A stretch of 64,000 nucleotides of DNA from Tubulanus polymorphus. Taxonomy: Eukaryota; Animalia; Nemertea. Shown here in pieces: positions 24,939-37,940 of this stretch. The notes under the pieces were generated by a model. The model searched no databases. It saw only the letters and a list, made by a program, of their open reading frames with translations, and had not been told where the DNA came from. A program made the translations under genes and the position numbers. Numbering within the stretch: position 1 is the stretch's first letter; each line of letters opens with the position of its first letter. The stretch spans positions 2,202,485-2,266,484 of the forward strand of contig NC_134027.1 in NCBI RefSeq assembly GCF_964204645.1, in the 5' to 3' direction.

Positions 24939-27900
24939 CTCCAAGGTCTACCTGGGTTTACTCATGACGAAGAATTCAGAAAACGATGACAATGAAAAAT
25001 GTTGCGGTGATTAAATTTAGATGCGATTCTCGTCAATCTAATGAACAATAGAGTTAGATTAATGCTGCATTTCTCATCGGTTGTTTTTTTACTGGATGCA
25101 TCAGAATGAGAGACCACCGCCGTGAAATCAGTCAGTCATGAATTCTATTTTCGCCCTCTTGGTTGTATAGGTGCGGATGCAGGCCGATATTTCGGACAGT
25201 TATTGAAAAAACTGCCCCTTTTCCCTGAACGAACCATTTTGAATTGCTATCATATTCAGTAAATGATTCTTAAAAAAAAGATTTCTGTAACATTGTGTCT
25301 ATGTCACCGATGGGATGTTTGAGAAATCATTTAAAAGTGCCATGTCAAGAATTTAATGTGCTCCTCCAGATCCGGAATACAGTGGGAAATGGTTCTGGGT
25401 TCGGCCATGGGTTACCCCGCGGTTACGCCGATGCCCCGTCATAGTCCAGGCCAGCGTGTTGGGATAAGCTCGGGAGGCAACCAAACTCTGGCAAGCGAGG
25501 AAGATGTATTTGAACATGGATGAATTCGCTCTATAATGTCGCTTTGATTGCGTTTACACACGGTGATGTTTTTAATAATTGTTTACTTCCTTTTGCGTGT
25601 TTCCGCACTGGATGCGCCTCAGGGATGGGCACGTTAAACAGCATCGGGAATATAGAATGTCTGGTAATGATTTCGATAAGATAGAAAAATGGAACTTTCG
25701 CATATTCGAGATCAGTTCAAATTTGCTCTATGCGTGCACTTCTCATTCAAACAGCCAGAAACATCGGTGAATAAATTAATGGTGCGCATTCATGGAGGTT
25801 ATGGTCGTTGTTAAAACGTTTCTGTCTTGTTGACGTAACACTCGGCTGTGAATATCAGAGTCCCGTCGTGTACGTCACACGCGGAAACAATTCTTGCAAT
25901 AGCCTTCGTTTTGTTCAACGCACTGAGCTCTAATGGTTTCATTGTTTGCTCGGGGATGAGCGATTTCTCAAAATAATCAAGTTAAAGTTTTCCCTTTATC
26001 CCGTCGGATTACCAGATGCGATGGTTTTTGTTTTATGTTTAAAATCTTGGCTTTGAGGTTTTTCATTCTTATCTGTAGACTGTTTTACGCAGAAGCAACA
26101 GTAAAAGGCTATGACGGCTAATGCTTTGTGCTTTCATGAAAAATACTAAAGGTTGTCAATTCCATCCGGATACCAGTCGAGCAACGTCGTAACTGACATC
26201 AACATGATCTGAAAGAAGCTGATAAAGTCACCAGTAGTTTGAGAGGATATACACAGAGACGCGACAAAGAAAATATTGCGCTTTATTCGTAGGACTTAGT
26301 CCATTGCGTCGTGGAGGAATGATCAAAATCGATGACCCTTACGTCAACAAGAAAAAACACCAATATCTTTCAGCGTGTGCAAACTAACTGCAAATATATA
26401 CTTTTAGTTTATATTGGAAAATGAACATTCTCCTAGGTTTGTCACAACGAGTGGAAACTGTAAGAATTCCAAGCAAGCTTTCATGACATGGTGGGAAATT
26501 GCTGTCCATTGAGATATGAGAGAGTGGTATGAGAGAGTATTTTTTTGCTGTAAAAGATAATTGTCTTTGTCAAATCATAGAGCGGTCGATAGGAGAAGTG
26601 ACCGTTCATCGTCCAGGGGTCAGTAATGAGCCGAAGAAATTCTAGATAATGATATCCGTTTGACTTTCAAGTCACGTTTGTTTATAAACTAGGTGCGTCG
26701 TACACGGCCCGGTCGGGAGTAATCTCGTCGAGACGCTCACAACCAGAAACGGTACCGAATCCACCGCGTCCCCTTAAGTCTGATGTCACAATCTTTATAT
26801 ATATACACATTCACCGTAGAAATGACGTTAGACTAACTACTACGATAGACGCTGTATCGTACGGGACTCTCTCTCTCTCTCTCTCTATCTATACAGCTAC
26901 ATTCCATTAGTCAGTTTTGTTTTCGTAAACTACACGTTTCAATTACTAACCACTCGGGAAATTACTTACTGTCGCTATAATCCAATAAATCCCGTGTTTA
27001 CAATTACCCGGTAAATGTGAACTGACCAGAAGTTCAAATTGCCCAATTGATCATTATTTTATTCATGACTTTTGTTAATTCAGCCATTTTCTTACTCCAG
27101 CTTTCATTTGAAAAAAATCAATCGAAAAATCTACCCATATTGTGTGATAGTCCTAACCTACGTCGTGGAACTCGTGCTATATCATAATTTTGTAACGCAC
27201 TCAAATCCCTGATTTTTTAATTCCTAAAAGATATACACTCAATGTTCTCCTGTTAATTGCTAGACAAAATCCAAATTGATATCGATTACTGAGGTTTTGT
27301 AACATCATCGCATTATCAGCAATTGTTTTTGCATTTAGTCAGAAAGTAGATTTCTTATTATATCAGGATATTGCTGCTCAAAATTGCAGCTCGAGTCGTT
27401 AGTACCACAGCGATAGAAACGTTCAATATTTCCTTTGAGAACTGAAGGCTTCGTCGAAAGAAACGAAAATGCGTTTGAATTCTCCCCAGGACACGTTTCG
27501 TACGGTTTCTCTCCATTCTGACGTCAGCAAGTGTGAAACATGATTATCCCCCAAACTGAGGATTCCGTTAATTAGTTACGAGTTCCCAAATGAACAATAA
27601 AGAACTCTTCACACAAACGGTAGGGTCTCGTCATGTAGAGTACACTTTCTCATCGCAAAGGTTTACGGATTGATCAACTACAAGGAAATTCTTAAGTAAT
27701 CTAGAGATTTCAATTTATAGAAAAAAATTAACCACGGCTTATCCGATGTATTCAAACATTCTTCATTTGAGTGTATAGTCACCGGTCGAGCATTACAAAC
27801 TTGTACATCCGACATGAAACGTGTAATGGAAACGTAATTAGAATCAATCCCGCAGACGCTGATTGAGCTGTGTTTTTGCCGAGCTGGACGAACTTTCCAT

Positions 27901-28535
27901 CAAAATGCCGGACATCGAAACCACGCATGCTTCGGCAATTTGTACTTGGCATAATGAAGCGGGAATCTCGTCGTCACTGTCGTATGTATACTGTGTGCGA
28001 GAAAACCTCATTTCTCGATTTTTATTCCATTCCTTCTCCACTCATCTTCAGTTGGATTGAGAGAATATTGACATTTTCCAATATATTTCGCCAATAAGAA
28101 TAGCCCCTTAATCTTATTGTGTGTGAGAAAATATTAAATTTACTGTCAATCTCCAGAATTGATTTTATGAGTCGTCTTGAAATTGAATTAGTGTTTCGAC
28201 ACGTTGAAAAAGAAAGCACCATGTTCCGTACTTATTGATGATACGATTTAGAACTTATTTTATACCGATGATACACAATGCTTTCATTTACTCAGTTAAT
28301 TCGAGGTATGGACACATAATTTATCATCTTAACATTGTCCAACAAAAAAATAACTATCATGTGAAATATTTTGATCGGCTTTGGAGTCCGACAAAGGTAA
28401 ACCTTGGCTATTGGTATTTACGGTATTACAGTTGTTTAAAAATATCACACTCTCATTGGATAGAATGCAAATTAACCAGATACACATAACATACATATAC
28501 ACTAACTAAGCTGATCGCGCACGTTCAGCTAAACA

Positions 28536-29567
28536 ATGATGACGACTGACAATTTCACCGAATCAGCGACGACGATGAACGAATGCCAGCGTATGAGGAG
28601 CCTTCCTTATAACTGGAAAGATAAGTTTAGTGTATATCTCTACATCAGTTTATATTTACCAGTGTCATTGTTTGGTATTATGTTGAACAGTGTCACCATT
28701 CACGTTTTGAAAAGTTTAAAAGGCTCTTCATACCACGTAATAAATATCTTGGCAATTTTTGACTTATTATTTACAATTTCTGCTTTCATTGTGTACCCAC
28801 TGCGTACGGCGTATGTAACGGCAGTACTCGGTGATATAGTTCTTCGTAAAAATGACTGGAATTTTGGGAAGTGGATTATTACGATAACTCTACCTTTCTT
28901 TTTCGCATTTCAAATGGCCCGAAATTGGATCGTCGTACTGCTTAGCTTTGAACGACTGATCGTCGTATTTCTACCGCTTAAATCACGAATTATTTGGACC
29001 CGAACCACCGTAAATTTCGTCACTTCTTTCATCGTGATAGCTTCCTTCGGTTGTTTCTCGCTTCACTTCTTGCCCCGCAGAATGCCAACGCGTCTAGATT
29101 GTTTAGAAGCATGGGAAATTATTTACGTCAATGGCGAGCCTACAGTTTTTCAACACTTGAACAAACACGTGAAACATATCGAACATTGGTCTTATATGGT
29201 TTTAACCGTTTTTACCCCGATCATATCCTTGATACTTATAAATGTATTGGTGGCAACTAAATCAATTATTGAAGAAGTAAAACGCGTTTCATTGGGAGGA
29301 AAAGTGTCTCCAAAAGACCGTCGAATTTTGAAAATGACTATGGCTGTCGTTGCCGTTTACATTATTTGTGAAGGTCCAGGAGTCTACGATAAAATGATCT
29401 TGACAGGAATCATGAGAGGAACTAATCTCATTCCGCCGCTGGTATTTCGCAAGGTTGCATTATTTCTAACCATCCTCGATTCATGCGTGAATTTCATCAT
29501 TTATTGTTCAACAAATAATAAATTCAAAGATGTTGTGAAAAACATGATCAAACGATCTCCTTCTTAA
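28536..29567 (+). CDS. Intronless rhodopsin-like (class A) 7TM GPCR, FMRFamide-receptor-like orphan
   Basis: 343-aa ORF with seven hydrophobic segments; GIMLN (TM1), LAIFDL (TM2), SFERL (DRY position), ICEGP (TM6), DSCVNFIIYC (NPxxY position), and an N-terminal NFT glycosylation site. Confidence 0.88.
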   Translation: MMTTDNFTESATTMNECQRMRSLPYNWKDKFSVYLYISLYLPVSLFGIMLNSVTIHVLKSLKGSSYHVINILAIFDLLFTISAFIVYPLRTAYVTAVLGDIVLRKNDWNFGKWIITITLPFFFAFQMARNWIVVLLSFERLIVVFLPLKSRIIWTRTTVNFVTSFIVIASFGCFSLHFLPRRMPTRLDCLEAWEIIYVNGEPTVFQHLNKHVKHIEHWSYMVLTVFTPIISLILINVLVATKSIIEEVKRVSLGGKVSPKDRRILKMTMAVVAVYIICEGPGVYDKMILTGIMRGTNLIPPLVFRKVALFLTILDSCVNFIIYCSTNNKFKDVVKNMIKRSPS

Positions 29568-30156
29568 AGTGTTTTAAACATACGGTGAGTCACTTCGTTT
29601 AGATGCGAGATTAAGCGAATAGAAAAACATATATTAGTTTGTATTTGAAATCCTTTTTCTACACATGTAAAATACTTATTAATCTGTCAATTTGTTTGAA
29701 ACACTATTCACAAGTGCCATAAAACAGTCATCAAGTGGCCAATAAATCTACTGACATCGCAAATACAAATAATACACATACATTATATTCCGAATCAATG
29801 TTTTCTCATAAATTAATTGTTTGCTCATGGCTTGATTATGGCGTGTTTGCCAATTCTTCAATAACTGACAGTTAACTCAATAAATCTATATACGTTTTAG
29901 ACACGTTATTGGCATTCGGTCCATTTTTTAGTCATGAAGAGATGCTCTTTATACAAATGTAAACAAAAACCTTATTCATTCAGCGATATATGGATCCGTA
30001 ACAACGATTTGAGATTCAGTCGGCGATGATTTGTAAATAGTAAGACTGTTTAAACAGCTTTCTGATTAAAATGTGAACATTTTAAAAGCGCGTTAATTGC
30101 AACATAAATCATAACTTGTGTTTTCTGTCTCGGGAGAGATTTCCTGGTTTTCGAAA

Positions 30157-31402
30157 ATGTTACGATCAAACCTGACATTAATCAGTTTGTGTGTGCTTTT
30201 CTTTTCTGGATGTATGTAAGTATGTTTTATTGAAAATATCTTGAGTAATTGAATAATGATAATATAACGATGATATTCATTTTCGTAAACCAAAACAAAA
30301 TACATAAAATCATAACGAATAATCGCTATTACTTTTGATTTAAATGATTTGATACATGGTTACGAGTGAAACAGTACTAGCCAATGAGCTGTGCCCTGAA
30401 ACCCTGTGCATAGTGCATTAACGGAGCATCGTGCAGCAATAGAAAGAGAACCAGTAACTAATAATAATAACAATAACCATAATACTAATGATTATGATAA
30501 TAATAAACTCATGGAATAATAACGTAATTACTTGATACAAGATAACTGATCAATTAAACTATTTATAGAGTATTTATTAATTCTAAAATTAGTATGATGC
30601 ACTATATATGAAATTCAAGTTGTGATTTTTAGTGAATCATCATTGGACGGTTATACTGATAATCACGCGGAGATACAGTCTAATTATCAACAATGTAGCG
30701 TAAATACAATTACGAAGGAGATCTACTCAGTGTATGATTGTCGTTCCGGTAAGCCACTGGAGTGTGATATACCATACAGGAACTACAAATTCTGAACGAA
30801 ATGTAATGTTTTTATGACATATTTTTACATGTATCGGTATTTATTCTTTTCAGTTTGTCCTTACGACGGTGTCGAACGTAATCTCTATGCTGCGTGGTAC
30901 AAGAATTTTTCACTTTTCGACGGAACCGATTTACACCTTTGTACATGCGGCCCACGAAGCTCGTACAGTTATAGCACTAGTGAAGCTCTTAACGCTATGC
31001 CTTCACCGGAAGTAAAGTGCGTTCGCGATGGTAATTGACGTCTATGAAATATTCTATTCAAGTAAATTCTATCTATTGAAGGTTTGAGTCGAACAACCTT
31101 CGTTGCGTACGATGGCTGATTCGGACCACTCCACAAATTTTCATTTTAAATGCGCGATACATACAACTTTTCGTTTAACGTGATTGAGTGTCAATTTTCT
31201 TTTTTACTTGGCCCGAATCAGCCACCATACTTTCATCATACTATTGTTTCTTCCCATTCCAGGTACAGCGTGTCTTTATAAAGGGGTATTTTACGGAACC
31301 GATCAGACTACTGATCAAATATCATCGCAGGAATTATACGTATGTGTTAAGCGTGATCCACCTCGTACAGGGCATCGCTGGGTTCCACAATCAAAACTAT
31401 AG
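30157..31402 (+). CDS. Secreted cysteine-rich protein of unknown family (163 aa, 4 exons)
   Basis: Exons 30157-30215, 30633-30748, 30854-31030 and 31263-31402 all have GT-AG boundaries and splice in frame (492 nt). The signal peptide is MLRSNLTLISLCVLFFSGCIES and there are 8 Cys in the mature part. Confidence 0.72.
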
Positions 31403-33520
31403 ATTTTATTCGGTGTATGGTACTTCTTAATGCAAGAATAAATCATAATTGTCTATGAAATCGAGCCACATTTCAGCTTTAGGTTTTTCATCACAGTACT
31501 GTCCACCCAACGTCCCCGTCCAACCTGGGAAAAAGAAAAAGTTCATCTTATCATAAACGAGATAACTGTAGTGGCACTCTCGGCGTTAAAACTATGGTTC
31601 ACATTATCGAGCTGTCCCGAGACACCACAACGGAACGAATGGAGTTAGGTTTTCGTTCATTTATCGGCGCTGTATCATTTATCATGATGTGTCACATTGG
31701 TATACATGACTTCTCGTCGACAAGCACCTGATGTATGGCATCATTATTCAAGGCGAATCGTTCACTGTCAAAGATCTACCTATTCCAGCCTCACCGACGA
31801 TAGCATCGGTAAAATTATATGAGACACCTGAAATGGAAATTTTCAAAAAGTTTTTGATTTGGTTTTGTTTTTGTGAGTTTCTCGCTGAAGTTCATGATAA
31901 GCGCATCAATATCAAGTAATCAAATTGCTCTAAATGTTGCGTATCTCGATATATTTATTAACGTAATAAGTTGATGATAATTTGTGTTGGAAATGACGAA
32001 CGCCAATTAATCGTTGTTTATTTTGTAAAGAAAATCAGATTGTTTCAAACGACGAACGAGCGCTATATATCGATATCACAGACGGAAAACGCCAGATATT
32101 TCTTATTATGGCTTCATAAACATTGACGTAAAATACAATTATCACGAATGAGTTATTCTGTAAAATATTGGCTCAAGTTAATTGTGATTTATCGTCATAT
32201 TCGTTATCCACCAGTGATTTGTGCGCTAATAAACGGAAATTTCTTCTTGACCGATTGCTACACAGTGATAAGCCGGGTCATGTTAAAAAAGAAATTGTTC
32301 ATATTCATTAACGTAGCCTCGCGCTCCCTCAGGTAACATTGTCATCGGTTATTTCGACAATTTTCTGTCAAAACTGTGAACAATCGTTCGCAACTCATCG
32401 AATCCCGTGTCTCTGGTCAATACCGAGGTATTACCACTGAAAATAGCGATTCATTTCCTGGTTGTACGGAATAATTCTGGTACATCGCAGACATCAATTT
32501 AGCTAAACGCTATTCTGGATATTGAGTGCATCTTCCCATGCAGTGCACGGTAGACCTTGGACAAAATAAAGGACACAATAACGCGTGCAGTTACACAGTT
32601 TCTTTTCATACGTTCATATAATCAATTGGGCCAACTACTTATGAATACGTATTTCATTAATAGATGTACATTTCAGAAAATCTAGCTTTAGAATAATACC
32701 ATGGTGCCTGGGAGCCGAAAAGTTGCGCCAGATTAAACAATTATTTTCGCGTTGTGTGTAATTCAAGGATTACGTGTCTACGGTGAACTATAATGCTCGT
32801 GGCATGAATTAGGCGAGTCGTGTTTATATAACCACCGTTCACATTAATTAATCCCAAGTTCAGATTTCCACATCATCAAACCATGGATATCTCGCTGATT
32901 GGACTAATATGCTCCCAGATGATAAACCGATAAGAATATTGACCGAATCTTGAATCTCACTAAATGATGAACTTATTAAACCTATGAATGGATGCTTTTC
33001 TCTTTTGTGATGAAATACGGGGTTCAATGAATCAAAAGCTTTGTTAGAAATTTGATATTTGATCAAATACGCGTTACTTCAATACGGTACCATCTTGTGA
33101 TCCTCCATTGACGCTAAATCAAAGAAACTGCGACACATAAAAAATAAATCCATGATGTCTGTTGAGGATAACCTTTGTCTTATCCAGGTTTTTTTTCGAG
33201 CATGTGATCTTACGTTCTCACGGCATTATTATCCAATCCTTCGGCGAAGTGTTTTCCATTAACATACAGTGACGTTGATCCGACGTCTGTCATCAAAAGC
33301 AACATTTACTGAACAATTTGTGTATCTAAACCACAAGTGAATAATGATAAAAGCTCTTTAATCAGGGGAAAATAATAAATGTACCGTACCCACGAAAACG
33401 GCCTTTATTCGGTGAATGCGCTCGAGACTCTGACTGCGAATAAATGACCAAATGGTTTTGAGGAAATTATGCAACATTTACTGAACCCTAGACAAATATC
33501 TTGTTATCCTGTATCAGGGG

Positions 33521-34030
33521 GGATCTCCCTGCGTGTATCTACTGCGGGGTGGATCTCCCTGCGTGTATCTACTGCGGGGAAGACCTCCCTGCGTGTATCT
33601 ACTGCGGGGAGGACCTCCCTGCGTGTATCTCATGCGGGGTGGATTTCCCTGCGTGTATCTACTGCGGGGAGGACCTCCCTGCGTGTATCTCATGCGGGGT
33701 GGATTTCCCTGCGTGTATCTACTGCGGGGTGGATCTCCCCGCGTGTATCTACTGCGGGGTGGATCTCCCTGCGTGTATCTACTGCGGGGTGGATCTCCCT
33801 GCGTGTATCTACTGCGGGGTGGATCTCCCTGCGTGTATCTACTGCGGGGAGGACCTCCCTGCGTGTATCTACTGCGGGGTGGATCTCCCTGCGTGTATCT
33901 ACTGCGGGGTGAATCTCCCTGCGTGTATCTACTGCGGGGTGGATCTCCCTGAGTGTATCTACTGCGGGGAGGACCTCCCTGCGTGTATCTACTGCGGGGT
34001 GGATCTCCCTGCGTGTATCTACTGCGGGGA
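33521..34030. repeat. 30-bp minisatellite, ~17 units
   Basis: ggatctccctgcgtgtatctactgcggggt repeated with few variants. Confidence 0.95.
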
Positions 34031-36496
34031 AGAACAAAAAATCTATAACCTACATTAATTCATTTTGAGAAGATTTGAAGAAACGCGACTGTCAGTTCGC
34101 TCGAGAAACCGAGGCATCATTCGAGCTTTAACTGATTGAAATTTGCGACTTGTAGCGCGTCCGTCCTAGGTATCAGATGATAAAACTAATCAGGCGTAAT
34201 GTGCGGAGAACTTCGTTTCATTCCAAACCGTTTTCGTCGGCACGCAATGCGACTTTATTAACTAATTACGATTGGAGAAACTGAGATTATGTCATGTTCA
34301 GAGCGTTTCAACTAGAACAACTTTATAGCAGTAACCGAATATCAACAACTAATTTCAGAGGTTGTTTGGTTTCTAGATAAATAGAGAAATAAAGTGAGTC
34401 GCCAAAAATACGAGTCACTTACGTGTCTTGCTCGGCACAACAAGAGACCGGATATCGTTAAAAGCTGATAGAATGGCGTATAATGATGCCAAGGAATTCG
34501 GAACTTGCACTTATCCGACAGCATCAATAAAGAATACTGTATCGGTGAGTGAAGAAACGGCACTGCGGCACGAAACCTGACGATACGTAATATAAAAAGG
34601 TGGTGTTAATGATATAACTCACGCAGATATAACTGACTGGTTTATCATTCACTGGACGAGGTTCACCTTCATTAATAGATTCGCACCATCGTCATCAAAG
34701 TTGCACATTTGGTCAAGGAGAAATAGCCGCACCAAACAACCTGAACGATCTTCGCGATGATTATGATGACGAACCCGCAGTATTTCGTGATGATTTACTC
34801 TTTATACATTTATCAGAAACGTCTCACCAGTTATCACGAGTCAGCTCTCCGTCCACGATATTCTATAATGATTAACATCGTGGTAATGATTCCTGAAATA
34901 TCATCATTCAATTTTTCTGGTGAATTATAATCTCTATTTTGCTCCGACAATCTAAAAGTTCGTGGACGTGGTTGTCGGATACTTTCTGATATGTCCAACT
35001 TCCACAATCGAGACTTTCCGATTCACCAGCGGTAAATATCTGTAAAACGTTTAAAAAGGTCTTCTTGAAAAATACAGGTTTATTCTACGCCACAATATAT
35101 GATATTATATAATACTCAAGCATAATATGATACAAAACATGAACTAGACTAGACTATATTAACAAACGTCGATTCAGATGTGGATCGTGAATATTCATTC
35201 AGTCGCAGAAAACTAGCAATCATTTTAACAATCAACTTTATCGGTACAAAATAACAAATTTTCCCATAAAATGTATCGAATGTTATCTTTAACAGAAATA
35301 CCAAACTCACCCGTCGGAAATTGATCACTGATTGTAAAACACAATCTATGCAGTGATTTTATTTTTCATCACACAGTTATACATGTAAATGATTAATATT
35401 ATTCTGAATGAAATATCTTTTCAGTTAATGATTCCTTAATTGTAGAAATCAGAAACATGTAGTAAATGTTTGTAGATCATCTCGAGTTTGTTGTCAGTAT
35501 ACAAACCACCTGACAGGACGTTACACCTTCACGCATTATACAAGATTATATGTGTATTTGATATAACAATATGATATAAGTACAAGTTTGTAGCTTTGAT
35601 AGTATAGTTTAGTGAATACATATATTTTGATCAAATCGATTTATAGTTCACGATTAAACAGACCATTGTTCACTGTACGTGATTATTTTTCCAACAGATC
35701 AATGAGTTAAACAGCTTTTCTTTAAAGTGGAAACTGATTCATTTACTTGTTTTTGTGCAAAATCAAAATGATTGGAGTCGAGAGATCTGGATCTTTGCTC
35801 AAGTCATTTTGAGAATTATTGAAAACCGCTTGTTTGTATAGACGTATCGACGAACGGAGAAGATGGAAGTTATTGAAATGCAGACACGACGACTGAAGCT
35901 TTTAACCGGTTGAACATTTAGCGATAGATAAATCGTGTCAAGTTGTCACTATAACTAAATGGAATCTGCGTGCACTTATTCGAAAATATTTCACACTTTC
36001 TCAAGTAATGTTTGAGTTCTCCTATAAGCACTTATGATTTCCCATCGTTTAATCGGCAAAACTCGATTTGCTCTTTCAAACTATAATGAATGTTTTTAGC
36101 TACGTCCACCGCAGGGTTTAGTGCTAAAGTGATTATTGACTGTTAAGAAGATGAAATGATTTTATACGAACGATACATCGACATTCCGGTTGTATTCGCG
36201 TCGCTTTCATGTAGGGAAATATCGGGTGAAACTATAAACTAGTTTTCCTTTAAACGAACGGCGATAGTCGTTGTAGAAAAATCCTGACACCAATCGCCCG
36301 TTAGTAACGACTCTGATCTCCGGCTAGTTCAAAAGACTCATTCGTATGAGTCGCGTTACGAGCTACCATTCAACCGCGTTGGTAAATTTTTTTCCCCACA
36401 ATCAATAAATGATTGATAAATTTACGAGAGAAATCCCAGAATAATTCAGCTAAAGATGAAAAGTTCTTGAATAGAAATGTATTTGAGTAACGGCGT

Positions 36497-36530
36497 TTGA
36501 AGATGGCTAATAGTCTTTAGCCGAAACGTT
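36497..36530 (+). other. Degenerate minimal hammerhead-ribozyme-like motif (Penelope/retrozyme type)
   Basis: tTGAAGA-t-GGCTAA-tagtct-TTAGCC-GAAAC-gtt. The first core C is replaced by T and stem I is poorly supported. Confidence 0.35.
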
Positions 36531-36737
36531 ACCCAAATATATACATATATACTTCTATTCAAAAACTTTTGATCTTTCGCTGAATTATTCTAGGATTCCT
36601 CTCGTGAATTCATCTTACACGAATATTGTGTATCTTCTCGCCTTATGATTGATAAATTCATTCCTTCGCCAGGTCGTTGCTCGAAACTTCAGATTATGTT
36701 TCGAGACTATTCTGAAAATATCTTGTATTCATTTAAA

Positions 36738-37940
36738 TTAAATACCGTTACTTCCGGAATGATGATGATGATGATGGTGATTCTGCGTCCTGTCAAAACT
36801 AGTCATTGAAACGGCGGCCACTCCGGAATCTCGAGAATATCGAGATGATATATTTGTGGTCGATGTTCGACCCCACGTACTGTTCCTCTGCTGTCGCGGA
36901 ACATTCGTCGGTTTACAGCCGCATATTTCGCAGAGAATACGTCGGAACTTTTTCCCGACGATACAATAGACGAAGAAGTTGATAAAAGAGTTCGTCGTGA
37001 ACATCGTATCGGTGATTACGTGACCTTTAGCGACGTTAATGGTCGACGTAGCCCCGAGATTGTCTTTCAAAGTAATCATCGTAATAATGACAGTCGGAGT
37101 TTCCAAAACCAGAAAAGTTGTTACGACGGACACAAGATTAATGGTGACTCCTCGGTGTGACTGACGCCGCGATTCGATCGCCATACTTCGTCGTGTATGC
37201 CCAGCTCTTTGTAGCATACGAATTATCAAACAATTCAATACAGTTATCAGAATGATGGGAAGGATTACGTTAATTATATTATCTAAAGTGTAGTAGGCTA
37301 AATTATAGTACTTATCATGCGCCAACCAGGATAGTTCGAACGTATTTTTAGTAACGTTACTCGTGACGTTGTTGACGGTCTCTTCCTTTAGACACTGGTA
37401 AGGTGTCACCTCGAAAATTCTGGGAATATTGAAAACGACGCAGTACAATAATATCCCGAGGGCAGCAAATATCGAACCCCTTGTTGTACAATAGGTATTC
37501 GCCCTTAATGGCCAATATATAGCGATACATCGGTCTACGGTTATCATAAGTACCATATGAACGGCAAAAGTGCGCGACACGTCATACACCATATTGACAA
37601 AGTTAATATTCTGTGCCATCACGTCTGAATACGCTTTCAAAGCATCTGTTGAATATCCTAAATACGGTCGAGCAAGAGTCGATAGTGTTTTCGTCATGAA
37701 TATGATGACCAACAAGAAATTGTCGCCGAGTGCCAGAATTTGTAGTAAAATCGAGGTAGAAACTCGAGACCGATCGTAACTAAGAACTACTACGCAAATA
37801 AAGTTAGTTACGAAACCGACGCAGCAAAGCGGGCCACAAATACAAACATACCCGACCAATTCCCACATCGCCGTGTTATCAGGTGGACCAACCGGTACCG
37901 GGTCGGACATGTTTACCGGGGGACCGGCGCACATTCGCAT
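36738..37940 (-). CDS. Class A GPCR, FMRFamide/sex-peptide-receptor-like orphan; single coding exon; His-rich C-tail
   Basis: ORF with seven TM segments; GFVTN, LALGDN, ITVDRCIAIYWP, FNIPRIFE, LETP and TNSFINFFVYCIVGKKFR. First ATG at 37940; a likely 5'UTR acceptor lies near 38101. Confidence 0.9.
   Translation of the reverse strand: MRMCAGPPVNMSDPVPVGPPDNTAMWELVGYVCICGPLCCVGFVTNFICVVVLSYDRSRVSTSILLQILALGDNFLLVIIFMTKTLSTLARPYLGYSTDALKAYSDVMAQNINFVNMVYDVSRTFAVHMVLMITVDRCIAIYWPLRANTYCTTRGSIFAALGILLYCVVFNIPRIFEVTPYQCLKEETVNNVTSNVTKNTFELSWLAHDKYYNLAYYTLDNIINVILPIILITVLNCLIIRMLQRAGHTRRSMAIESRRQSHRGVTINLVSVVTTFLVLETPTVIITMITLKDNLGATSTINVAKGHVITDTMFTTNSFINFFVYCIVGKKFRRILCEICGCKPTNVPRQQRNSTWGRTSTTNISSRYSRDSGVAAVSMTSFDRTQNHHHHHHHSGSNGI

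Noticed and set aside
33469-34058. ORF of (DLPACIYCGV)n, a metallothionein/CxxC-like repeat protein
   Set aside because: All three forward frames and one reverse frame are open simply because the 30-bp unit lacks stops. The forward CxxC ORF has no ATG start or convincing splice context, so it is treated as a minisatellite.
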